Part shown: positions 8,396 through 16,328 of the stretch, piece by piece
How positions within the stretch are numbered: the stretch's first letter is position 1
How the letters are laid out: the number at the start of each line of letters is the position of its first letter
IMG/VR virus record: IMGVR_UViG_2671180437_000016
Span: 1-40,925 of that record
Length of the DNA: 40,925 nt
Reading direction: 5' to 3' (one strand)
Source of the DNA: a virus
Lineage: Duplodnaviria; Heunggongvirae; Uroviricota; Caudoviricetes
Made by a program: the position numbers and the translations under genes
Notes under the pieces: model-generated
Databases searched by the model: none
What the model saw: the letters and a program-made list of their open reading frames with translations, nothing else
What the model was told of the DNA's origin: nothing

Positions 8396-8740
8396 ATGAG
8401 AAAACAGATACAGGCTCTTGGTCGACTCAAAACAGGCCAGATGAACAAAACAGAATCTGCGTATTGCCAGCACCTTGAGCAGCGTAAACGTGCAGGGGAA
8501 ATCGCCTGGTATCGATTCGAGGGTATCAAGCTGCGGTTAGCTGACAACACGTTCTATACGCCCGATTTCGCTGTGATGCTCGCCACCGGAGAGATGGAAC
8601 TGCACGAAGTGAAAGGTTTCTGGACCGACGACGCCAGGGTGAAAACCAAAGTCGCCGCAGATCAGTATCCGTTCCGAATCATCGGGGTAACGGTTAAACC
8701 AAAGAAAGCAGGTGGTGGCTGGAACATCGAAGAGTTCTGA
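8396..8740 (+). CDS. DUF1064-like phage protein
   Basis: 114 aa; 'YTPDFAVMLATGEMELHEVKGFWTDDARVKTKV' resembles DUF1064 proteins common in phage replication/nin regions. Confidence 0.6.
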   Translation: MRKQIQALGRLKTGQMNKTESAYCQHLEQRKRAGEIAWYRFEGIKLRLADNTFYTPDFAVMLATGEMELHEVKGFWTDDARVKTKVAADQYPFRIIGVTVKPKKAGGGWNIEEF

Positions 8741-8801
8741 ATCGACGATCTTTTTAGTTATCAATGTAATCAATAAGTTATGTGGATAAGCGAGGGTAAA
8801 G

Positions 8802-9416
8802 ATGGAAAGTAATATCAAAGGGTTAGTTTCCGCCGGGCATGAGATGGCTTCGGAACTGAAAGCAGAATGTGGTGCCGTTGATATGCGCAGTGTGGCAAAG
8901 CTGATCAGCGATTTGGCAACGCAACTGGAAGTGCAACTGGTGCGTGCTAATGCGCTGGCCGAAGACCAACAGAAAGCGCTTGAGTCAATTAAGCAGGCTG
9001 ATGCGGCTGTTAAGTTGGCACACGAGAAGTTTTCAGCTCTGGCGGCGGAGAATGCGGGGCTTAAGGCCTTCAAAACCGCCGTTTATCAGCAGATGGGCGT
9101 TGGATGTGATGCTCCTGAATTCTCCATTACGGTAGGTTTGAGTAACTTACGTCGTTTTGCTGACACACTCCACGCCATTGAGCGTGAGTTCTTTACCAAA
9201 GAGCTACCTGATGAAGAGCACGAAGGCGAAACATTCAATGAATGTCCACTTAGCTGGGGAATGAGCGTCGAACAGTACGTTTCCGAGTTTCGCAAATGCC
9301 TGGCTGAAGTACGGGCGCAGGGCGTGGAGATGTTTGCGGAGTGTGCATACACACTTGAACATCATGATCACGCAGTTGCCTTCGCCGCTGAGCTTCGCAA
9401 AGGAGGCAACCAGTGA
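8802..9416 (+). CDS. Hypothetical phage protein
   Basis: 204-aa ORF with SD GAGGGTAAAG; no recognisable domain. Confidence 0.55.
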   Translation: MESNIKGLVSAGHEMASELKAECGAVDMRSVAKLISDLATQLEVQLVRANALAEDQQKALESIKQADAAVKLAHEKFSALAAENAGLKAFKTAVYQQMGVGCDAPEFSITVGLSNLRRFADTLHAIEREFFTKELPDEEHEGETFNECPLSWGMSVEQYVSEFRKCLAEVRAQGVEMFAECAYTLEHHDHAVAFAAELRKGGNQ

Positions 9417-10030
9417 GCGAAATTAATTACCAGGCACTGCTGGCCAAGGCAGAAAAAGCAACGTGTGGTGAGTGGTCGCTCGAATATGGAGAGAGCCGAT
9501 TTGATGGTGATGATGCGCTAATTCATCGTGAAGTTGCTGGATATATTCCTATTTGCAGAATTGAAGGAGCGCATCCAGAAAGCGGTTTCGATGAAGATTT
9601 CCAAATGGAACAGCAGGCCAATGCTGAATTCATCGCCGCAGCCAATCCCGCTACCGTCTTGGCGCTGCTGGATGAGCTGGAAAGAAACCAGCAATACATC
9701 AAACGCCGCGACCAGGAGAACGAGGATATTGCGCTAACGGTAGGGAAGCTGCGCGTTGAGCTTGAGGAGACAAAATCAAAACTCAACGAGCAACGCGAGT
9801 ATTACGAAGGTGTTATCTCGGATGGGAGTAAGCGCATAGCAGAGTTAGAAAGTGGTTCTCAGGCACAAAAGTTAGTTGAAGCAATCATTGTTGCGATAGA
9901 AAACGAACAGGAAAGGCTTTTTGATGAAGATTACCTAATGGATTCGAAAGAATGCATTGACGTAATTCGTGAAGAAGTAAAGCGATGGAATGATTCCCGT
10001 GCCGCTGGCATTCGCATCAAAGGAGAGTGA
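9413..10030 (+). CDS. Ead/Ea22-like protein
   Basis: GTG start overlapping upstream stop, AAGGAGG SD; N-terminus 'SEINYQALLAKAEKATCGEW' is the characteristic Ea22-like signature; coiled-coil C-terminus. Confidence 0.7.
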   Translation: MSEINYQALLAKAEKATCGEWSLEYGESRFDGDDALIHREVAGYIPICRIEGAHPESGFDEDFQMEQQANAEFIAAANPATVLALLDELERNQQYIKRRDQENEDIALTVGKLRVELEETKSKLNEQREYYEGVISDGSKRIAELESGSQAQKLVEAIIVAIENEQERLFDEDYLMDSKECIDVIREEVKRWNDSRAAGIRIKGE

Positions 10031-10031
10031 T

Positions 10032-10547
10032 ATGGCGTTAACACACCACGAACTCTGTCAGATTGCGTACAAGTTCCTTAAGCGCAACGGGTTCAAGGTT
10101 TGCTTTCATGACCGCTTTGTTGCTGTAACCAGTACCGGAGAACAGCCAGATGCTATGGGATTCAGAAATTCAGCATCATGCCTGATAGAGGCGAAGTGTT
10201 CTCGTGCTGACTTGTTGGCAGATAGAAAAAAGCGTTTCCGTAAAAATCCCTCACTTGGCATGGGCGACTGGCGATTCTTTATTAGTGAGCCGGAAATTAT
10301 TTCAGTTGAGGATTTACCTCCCGGCTGGGGATTACTTCACGTTGTTAACGGAAGAGTACGGAAAGTACATGGATGGCCCAGGGGTAATTGCTGTTGGGGT
10401 AATCCTGACGATAAGCCATTTACCGGGAATAAGCAGGTTGAATGCGATTACATGTTATCTGCATTAAGGCGCATGGAGTTGAGAGGGCACCTTAATGAAA
10501 TATATGACGGTGTGATTGTTAATAAGAAAGAAGGAAACGCGGCATGA
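10032..10547 (+). CDS. Putative PD-(D/E)xK-type nuclease-like protein
   Basis: Start at MALTHHELCQ (ATG 10032, SD AAAGGAGAG); 'GEQPDAMGF...LIEAKCSRADL' resembles D...E-x-K nuclease motif; inference only. Confidence 0.45.
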   Translation: MALTHHELCQIAYKFLKRNGFKVCFHDRFVAVTSTGEQPDAMGFRNSASCLIEAKCSRADLLADRKKRFRKNPSLGMGDWRFFISEPEIISVEDLPPGWGLLHVVNGRVRKVHGWPRGNCCWGNPDDKPFTGNKQVECDYMLSALRRMELRGHLNEIYDGVIVNKKEGNAA

Positions 10548-11617
10548 TCACTATTACCAAAGGGCGACTGCTGACAATCAAGCAGTGGCGCGAAACATAC
10601 GGACCGGGTAGCAACGTTGTACTGCCAGCAGAAGAAGCGGAAGAACTGGCACGGATTGCACTGGCATCATTGGAAGCAGATCCAGTTAAACGAGTTAACT
10701 CAGATCAGATGCACCGAGTCTGCTTAGAAGCTAATCGCTATTTAGATAAATATGACGCGATGGCGAAAGAGGTAAATAAGTTGCTTGGACGCATCGCCCC
10801 GCCAGCGCCAGTATTTAACGGCGAATACGGTGACGCATATCAGGGCGCACGGAAGACCTGTCCATCTGGAAACGGCGAGCGCTTGAAGCTGATGAGCACT
10901 TCCCGACTGGAGCAAATCAATGACCACATGTTGAAAGAGGCGCAGGGAGAATCACGCATGGGCGAGCCTGTAATACGTGAGCCAGCACCGGTAGTGCCTG
11001 AAGAAGCAACTCCGGAAAACGTAGAAATGCTCTCTGGCTATGTTTCAACGTACAAATTAACCGATAGCGAGCGCGATATTGCTGCCGAAATATGGAACGC
11101 CTGCCGCGCCGCCATGCTTCAGTCCGGAAACTTTCGGGAAAACAAGAATTCGTCAACCAATAATTTTCGGGAAATCGCGGAAACGTCAACCAACTATCCG
11201 GCAATTCCTAGTGAGGTGTTGTCCGCAATCCTGAAGGTTGCCAGGATTCGTGCCGATTTCGATGATTTTGACGGTGACAGGCGAGGTATCGGTGATTGTC
11301 TGGATGAGGCTGAGCAAGAGCTTATCGTTACCATTAACAAATATGCCAGTCAGTTGGCAGCAGAACCTATAGCGCCTAATGACGTTCGAGAGCAGACAGC
11401 CATTCCACAAGTTCCGGTAACTCCGGATGGTTGGATAAGCTGTAGTGAGCGAATTCCCGCTCAAGACGATTGGGTTTTAATTTATTCAAAGCACGGCGAG
11501 TATATGGCAGGACAGGTACAAGGGGAATACGTGGAGTTGAGCGACGGCACTTTATCGTGGTTAGGGAACGCCTTGTACTGGATGCTGCTACCAGAACCGC
11601 CGCAGGAGGTGAAGTGA
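10544..11617 (+). CDS. DUF551-domain-containing phage protein
   Basis: 357 aa; C-terminal '[28 protein letters not shown]' resembles DUF551. Confidence 0.6.
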   Translation: MITITKGRLLTIKQWRETYGPGSNVVLPAEEAEELARIALASLEADPVKRVNSDQMHRVCLEANRYLDKYDAMAKEVNKLLGRIAPPAPVFNGEYGDAYQGARKTCPSGNGERLKLMSTSRLEQINDHMLKEAQGESRMGEPVIREPAPVVPEEATPENVEMLSGYVSTYKLTDSERDIAAEIWNACRAAMLQSGNFRENKNSSTNNFREIAETSTNYPAIPSEVLSAILKVARIRADFDDFDGDRRGIGDCLDEAEQELIVTINKYASQLAAEPIAPNDVREQTAIPQVPVTPDGWISCSERIPAQDDWVLIYSKHGEYMAGQVQGEYVELSDGTLSWLGNALYWMLLPEPPQEVK

Positions 11618-11958
11618 TGGACTATTCACAGTTAAGTGATTTTGAAATTAACAGAATGGTAGGAGACATAATTTTTAAAGGCCTTTGGGCATGTAAACCG
11701 GAAACATCAGGGAATAACACCAACAAATGGTATTACGGAAATGCTGATACAACTTTTGAGCCATTAACCCCTTTACCTGACTACTGCAATGATCCGATCG
11801 CTTCATGGCCGATTATTGAGAAATACAGGATTTCTATCTTAGACCAGTTAACTGAATGGTGTGTGGATGCAAAAGACGTAAGACCAATATTTGATACCAG
11901 ACCTCTCCGCGCCGCCATGATTGTATTTCTCATGATGCAGGAAAATCAGAATGGCTAA
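11617..11958 (+). CDS. Hypothetical phage protein
   Basis: 113 aa from ATG 11617 (overlaps upstream stop TGATG); internal start of track ORF 11470..11958. Confidence 0.55.
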   Translation: MDYSQLSDFEINRMVGDIIFKGLWACKPETSGNNTNKWYYGNADTTFEPLTPLPDYCNDPIASWPIIEKYRISILDQLTEWCVDAKDVRPIFDTRPLRAAMIVFLMMQENQNG

Positions 11959-12289
11959 ATCAGCAGCAGAGCGCAAAGCCGCTCAGAGAGCCAGACAAGC
12001 TGCATCTGGTGTGCGTAAGATGGAGATTGTGCTTGATGCTCAGGAAATTGAAATGCTAGAGCGTAACTGTGCCACGCGTCGCCCCGGGCGTGCGCCTTAC
12101 GAATTTGGTGAGTATATAGCGTCACTGATCCGCCAGGATGATGCACGCGTGCGCGGGCGTATAAAATCGATCAGCAGAAAACGTTGCGGTAAGTGCGGCG
12201 AGAGAGTTCCAGTTAATTCATGCCCGTGCAATGGTGACTCGCAATGCTGGGTGACTAAAGGCTGGCATGAAACGAAATTAATAGTGTGA
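11951..12289 (+). CDS. Basic Cys-rich small protein, candidate late-gene regulator
   Basis: 112 aa; '[17 protein letters not shown]' zinc-ribbon-like; last gene before terminator and packaging genes; function inferred from position only. Confidence 0.5.
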   Translation: MAKSAAERKAAQRARQAASGVRKMEIVLDAQEIEMLERNCATRRPGRAPYEFGEYIASLIRQDDARVRGRIKSISRKRCGKCGERVPVNSCPCNGDSQCWVTKGWHETKLIV

Positions 12290-12298
12290 CATGTCACG
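12285..12298. promoter_or_regulatory. 14-bp near-palindrome TGTGACATGTCACG (copy 1)
   Basis: Core GTGACATGTCAC (12286-12297) is a perfect 12-bp palindrome overlapping the stop codon of 11951..12289; recurs at 32512-32525 and, with one change, at 15361-15374. Confidence 0.5.
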
Positions 12299-12338
12299 AG
12301 TAGATTATGCATGATGAATTTGATGTGTTTTGAATACT

Positions 12339-12364
12339 GCCGCCAACTATGGCGGCTTTATTTT
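12339..12364 (+). terminator. Rho-independent terminator upstream of terminase small subunit
   Basis: Stem GCCGCC/GGCGGC, loop AACTAT, followed by TTTATTTT. Confidence 0.6.
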
Positions 12365-12407
12365 GCATGGTACTATTACCACAACGGTAACTATTACCAC
12401 GGTGGTT

Positions 12408-13004
12408 ATGATGCCTGCTGAACCTAAAACCTATAAACGCAAATCAACGCAATTTAAGCCACTAACAGCAATGCAGGAGGCTTATTGCCAGTCATACATC
12501 AAAACGCCTGAAAACCAGACTCAGGCAGCGATTAACGCAGGATTCTCCCCAAATACAGCGGCAGTTAAAGCCAGTGTAATGATGCGCGATGAACGTATTC
12601 AAAAACGGATTGCCGAGTTGATGGAGGAGCGCAACAAACGAATGCGCGTCAGTGCTGATTACGTTCTCATGCGCCTGGTGGAGATCGACCAGATGGACGT
12701 GATCGACATCCTCAACGACGATGGGAGCCTTAAGCCAATCCGCGAGTGGCCGAAAATCTGGCGCACTACGCTTAGCGGCTTTGATCTGTCATCGACCATC
12801 ATGAACATGAACGAGGATTCGATAGAGACAATCCTCAAAAAAATTAAATGGCCTGACAAGGTGAAGAACCTCGAACTGATTGGTAAGCACGTCGACGTCA
12901 ACGCATTCAAAGAACGCTTGGATGTTAATGTGAATGTGACAATTGCTGATCGCATAGCAGCAGCCAGGAAGCGACTCAAAGAACGTCAGGATGGCAATCA
13001 GTGA
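12408..13004 (+). CDS. Terminase small subunit
   Basis: Start at MMPAEPK (ATG 12408, GGTGG SD); the track ORF start at 12330 would read through the terminator hairpin; directly precedes and overlaps large terminase. Confidence 0.6.
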   Translation: MMPAEPKTYKRKSTQFKPLTAMQEAYCQSYIKTPENQTQAAINAGFSPNTAAVKASVMMRDERIQKRIAELMEERNKRMRVSADYVLMRLVEIDQMDVIDILNDDGSLKPIREWPKIWRTTLSGFDLSSTIMNMNEDSIETILKKIKWPDKVKNLELIGKHVDVNAFKERLDVNVNVTIADRIAAARKRLKERQDGNQ

Positions 13005-14476
13005 CAGATACAGCGTTATCTCCTGAAGAGCAGTTAATCGAGGATATTGCAGGGTTCACTCACGATCCGCTTGGCTATGCCCTCTATGCGTTCCCTTGGG
13101 GGGAAGAGGGGACTGAACTGGCACATGCTACCGGCCCACGTCAGTGGCAGGCTGATGCGTTCCGAGAGATACGTGATCACCTGCAGAATCCAGAGACGCG
13201 CTATCAGCCGCTTATGCTGGCACGCGCTTCTGGTCACGGTATTGGTAAATCCGCATTCATCTCAATGCTGATCAACTGGGGCATGTCCACTTGCGAGGAT
13301 TGTAAGGTCGTGGTGACCGCCAACACCGACAACCAGCTACGAACGAAGACCTGGCCGGAAATTATCAAGTGGTCGAACCTTGCTATCACGAAAGACTGGT
13401 TTACCTGTACCGCTACCGCGATGTACAGCAATGACCCTGGGCACGACAAGCGGTGGCGGGCTGACGCAATACCCTGGTCTGAGCACAACACTGAGGCGTT
13501 CGCCGGACTACACAACGAGCGCAAACGCATCATCGTGGTGTTTGATGAAGCGTCGAACATTGCGGATCTGGTGTGGGAAGTTGCCGAGGGGGCGCTTACG
13601 GACGAAGACACTGAGATTATCTGGGTGGCGTTCGGAAACCCGACGCGTAATACCGGACGTTTCCGCGAATGTTTCCGCAAATATAAACACCGCTGGAAAA
13701 CTGCGCAGATTGACAGCCGGACGGTGGAAGGCACTAACAAACAGCAGTTGCAGAAATGGGTTGATGACTACGGGGAAGACAGCGACTTCGTTAAAATCCG
13801 TGTGCGCGGCATATTCCCTGATGCATCTGAATTGCAGTTTATCCCTACCGGCCTTACTGACGAGGCAATGAAACGGGTGGTAACTGCTGCGCAGGTGGCA
13901 CATGCTCCGGTGATAATCGGCGTTGACCCGGCATACTCCGGCGTTGATGACGCTGTGATATACCTGCGGCAGGGGCTGCACAGTAAGGTGCTGTGGACTG
14001 GCAACAAGACCACTGACGATCTGATTATGGCGAAGCGCATCGCTGACTTTGAAGACCAGTATCAGGCTGACGCGGTATTCATCGACTTCGGTTACGGAAC
14101 CGGTTTGAAGTCAATCGGTGATGGCTGGGGACGTACATGGCAACTTGTTCCGTTCGGTGGCGCGTCTACTGACCCGCAGATGCTCAACAAGCGTGGGGAG
14201 ATGTTCAACTCATGTAAGACATGGCTGAGGCTGGGCGGTATGCTGGATGACCAGGAAACAGCGGACGACCTGTCGACGGCAGAGTACAAAGTTCGCGTGG
14301 ACGGTAAAATCGTTATCGAACCGAAGGAAGATATCAAAGAACGACTTGGGCGTTCGCCGGGGAAAGGCGATGCGCTATTGCTGACGTTTGCTTTCCCTGT
14401 GTCGAAGCGCCTGCGAATTCCCGGTCAGCAGAACCAGCAAGGCAAGGCCATCACAGATTACGACCCGTTTGCGTGA
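13001..14476 (+). CDS. Terminase large subunit
   Basis: 491 aa; Walker-A-like 'ASGHGIGKS', nuclease-domain 'VDPAYSGVDDAVIY'; GTG start overlapping terS stop. Confidence 0.85.
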   Translation: MTDTALSPEEQLIEDIAGFTHDPLGYALYAFPWGEEGTELAHATGPRQWQADAFREIRDHLQNPETRYQPLMLARASGHGIGKSAFISMLINWGMSTCEDCKVVVTANTDNQLRTKTWPEIIKWSNLAITKDWFTCTATAMYSNDPGHDKRWRADAIPWSEHNTEAFAGLHNERKRIIVVFDEASNIADLVWEVAEGALTDEDTEIIWVAFGNPTRNTGRFRECFRKYKHRWKTAQIDSRTVEGTNKQQLQKWVDDYGEDSDFVKIRVRGIFPDASELQFIPTGLTDEAMKRVVTAAQVAHAPVIIGVDPAYSGVDDAVIYLRQGLHSKVLWTGNKTTDDLIMAKRIADFEDQYQADAVFIDFGYGTGLKSIGDGWGRTWQLVPFGGASTDPQMLNKRGEMFNSCKTWLRLGGMLDDQETADDLSTAEYKVRVDGKIVIEPKEDIKERLGRSPGKGDALLLTFAFPVSKRLRIPGQQNQQGKAITDYDPFA

Positions 14477-14477
14477 T

Positions 14478-15218
14478 TTATTGCTTATTTTTCACGGCTT
14501 CAGCAATCATTCTCTCAGCCTGTGATGTATATGTTTTTCGCAAGGGTTCATGGCCCATATGCAATACGATACTTTCCTTTTCTTTTTCCTTTAATTCTTG
14601 TATGAGATTATTTATTTTGGCCTCCCTATCTTCAAGCATTCTGGCGGACTTTTCTGCCTCAATCTTTAACGCTGCAGCCACTGATTGCATGTTTTCCAGC
14701 TTCTTATTCAATTCCAAAACCTTATCGGAGAGCCTATCTCTTTCCGACGTTAGCTCACCCATCCTGGCCTGTGACTCCGTAATTCTTTCCTTCATAGCCT
14801 GTATGTCTTTTTCGGCGCCAGTCTTAACTTTGTCGTATGTCACATCGTGCTTTGCCTTCAGGCGCTGCAGGCGTGTGGCGCGATGAATGCGCTTGGCCTT
14901 CCGGTGGTTCTCTATCGAATCGTAATTATCAAGAGGTTTGGCTTGCCACTTTGAAATCACGTTGTTGATCCAGGGCATGCCGCCGCACAGGATTATTGCT
15001 GAAACACATGGGAATGCTAATACCGTTTTCCAACTGCTATTGCTGGAAATGTAGGTGATCTTGTCGATGATGCTGGAGTCGCTGAGGAGTAAGTATAAAA
15101 TCGACTTCCAGTTAAAGGCGCACCATGACAGTGCGAACGCTCCAAACACTGGATTTCTGACCCTTTGCGAAGCGGTATTAACGGTTGAAGATAGGTATTC
15201 TTTAAGTGATTCAAGCAT
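14478..15218 (-). CDS. Moron: predicted membrane-anchored coiled-coil protein of unknown function
   Basis: 246 aa on opposite strand inside structural region; visibly AT-rich; two hydrophobic segments ('VFGAFALSWCAFNW', 'VLAFPCVSAIILCGG') then long charged coiled-coil-like tail; own operator site upstream. Confidence 0.6.
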   Translation of the reverse strand: MLESLKEYLSSTVNTASQRVRNPVFGAFALSWCAFNWKSILYLLLSDSSIIDKITYISSNSSWKTVLAFPCVSAIILCGGMPWINNVISKWQAKPLDNYDSIENHRKAKRIHRATRLQRLKAKHDVTYDKVKTGAEKDIQAMKERITESQARMGELTSERDRLSDKVLELNKKLENMQSVAAALKIEAEKSARMLEDREAKINNLIQELKEKEKESIVLHMGHEPLRKTYTSQAERMIAEAVKNKQ

Positions 15219-15248
15219 GTCCAGGCCCTTTTAGGTTTTTTTCTGATT

Positions 15249-15263
15249 CTACCTTTAAGGTAA
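15249..15263. promoter_or_regulatory. Operator-like palindrome CTACC-TTTAA-GGTAA upstream of moron
   Basis: One-mismatch family member 31-45 nt upstream of moron start codon. Confidence 0.5.
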
Positions 15264-15360
15264 TCTTCGGTCATTATGAAAAACGTATCCCTATGAGGGG
15301 ATAATGTCGTTGATATCCTCTGATGAGGATAAAACAAAGCCAGCTTATCGGCTGGCTGTT

Positions 15361-15374
15361 TGTGACGTGTCACG
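15361..15374. promoter_or_regulatory. 14-bp near-palindrome TGTGACGTGTCACG (copy 2, one substitution)
   Basis: Differs from 12285-12298 by a single central A to G change. Confidence 0.45.
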
Positions 15375-15416
15375 ACATTAAAATCCATCGAATTCGTATT
15401 TCATGATTCACACCTT

Positions 15417-15440
15417 AAAAAAATGCCCGGTGAACCGGGC
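15417..15440 (-). terminator. Rho-independent terminator downstream of tRNA
   Basis: Stem GCCCGG/CCGGGC, loop TGAA, A-run on plus strand (U-run on minus); a second hairpin AGCCAGC/GCTGGCT at 15331-15364 has A- and T-rich flanks. Confidence 0.55.
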
Positions 15441-15603
15441 GAACTGGAAGCAATGAGTTATGCCTTCCGTGGCTGTACGGGTTTACAGCATGAAGTCATC
15501 GCAATGGCGTCCTGCTGTAAAAAGGGCGGTGATAGTCCTTCAATGGAAACCATCACCGCCAAGCACCTGGAACTTCTGGCATCACGGTCCTTAGGCGTGA
15601 TTC

Positions 15604-15680
15604 TGGCGTGGCATGCAGGATTCGAACCTGCGACCAACCGCTTAGAAGGCGGTTGCTCTGTCCAACTGAGCTAATGCCAC
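15604..15680 (-). tRNA. tRNA-Arg (anticodon UCU)
   Basis: 77-nt cloverleaf read on minus strand: acceptor GTGGCAT/ATGCCAC, D-arm GCTC...GAGC, anticodon stem ACCGC/GCGGT with loop CTTCTAA (anticodon TCT), T-arm GCAGG-TTCGAAT-CCTGC, discriminator G + CCA. Confidence 0.85.
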
Positions 15681-16002
15681 AACGCTGAGAGCACTTAGCC
15701 TGTTAAGGCGCCACACTTTGTCGCGGCTCCATAAATGCTCTCATCGTTGTACCCTCGTCTCTTCCGAGGCGTCACACCGAATCGCCGGGATGGTGTATCC
15801 CCGTGCGCGGAATAAAACCGCTCGACTTGCACATTCCGGCTACCTGGTTCGTTTGCCCGAGCAAGGGAGGGTGCCCCTTAAACGTATCCAGACCGCTATC
15901 GGCGCATGTGCCATACGCCGTACTGCTCAAAATAAAAGCTCACTCCACCTGTTTAATTTAACGACAAGCCAGTCAGGTTAATAACCGGAATGAACTCTTT
16001 GC

Positions 16003-16017
16003 TTACCTGAAAGGTAA
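16003..16017. promoter_or_regulatory. Operator-like palindrome TTACC-TGAAA-GGTAA upstream of portal operon
   Basis: Perfect site; followed at 16060 by CATATGTGGTTAAA motif. Confidence 0.55.
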
Positions 16018-16107
16018 TAATTTGTGCGTTAAATGTCAACTATCTACGATAAATAAATCATATGTGGTTAAATTGGTGATAATTTAATTGCGTACGGAGT
16101 CATTGAT

Positions 16108-16314
16108 ATGTGCATGGGTAGCTCACCATCAGTGCCTGCAACACCAGAAGTTCAGGCAGCACCACAGGAGCAGGATGCCGCCGTTGTTGATGCCCGCGAC
16201 GAAGAAACACGTCGCCGTCGCGCTGCTGCTGGTCGTAGTTCTACGCTGCTTACCGGTTCTCAGGGCGACACATCAACCGCTAATACCAGCGGTAAAACGC
16301 TGCTTGGTCAGTAA
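16108..16314 (+). CDS. Small hypothetical protein (68 aa) upstream of portal
   Basis: Translation initiation region ACGGAGTCATTGATATG is near-identical to that of the portal gene; Q/A/T-rich product. Confidence 0.4.
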   Translation: MCMGSSPSVPATPEVQAAPQEQDAAVVDARDEETRRRRAAAGRSSTLLTGSQGDTSTANTSGKTLLGQ

Positions 16315-16328
16315 CCGGAGTCATTGAA

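Noticed and set aside
12285-12298. CRP/FNR-type site interpretation of the TGTGACATGTCAC palindrome
   Set aside because: The TGTGA/TCACA half-sites are separated by 4 bp, not the 6 bp required for CRP, and do not match FNR TTGAT-N4-ATCAA; kept as an unassigned motif.
12330-12407. Upstream extension of the terminase small subunit ORF (track start 12330)
   Set aside because: The extension reads through the terminator hairpin (12339-12364) and the direct repeats; the ATG at 12408 with a GGTGG SD is a more plausible start.
15423-15981. Plus-strand ORFs 15423..15674 and 15718..15981
   Set aside because: The first overlaps the tRNA-Arg gene and a terminator; the second lies in GC-rich tRNA-flanking sequence without an SD; more likely non-coding.
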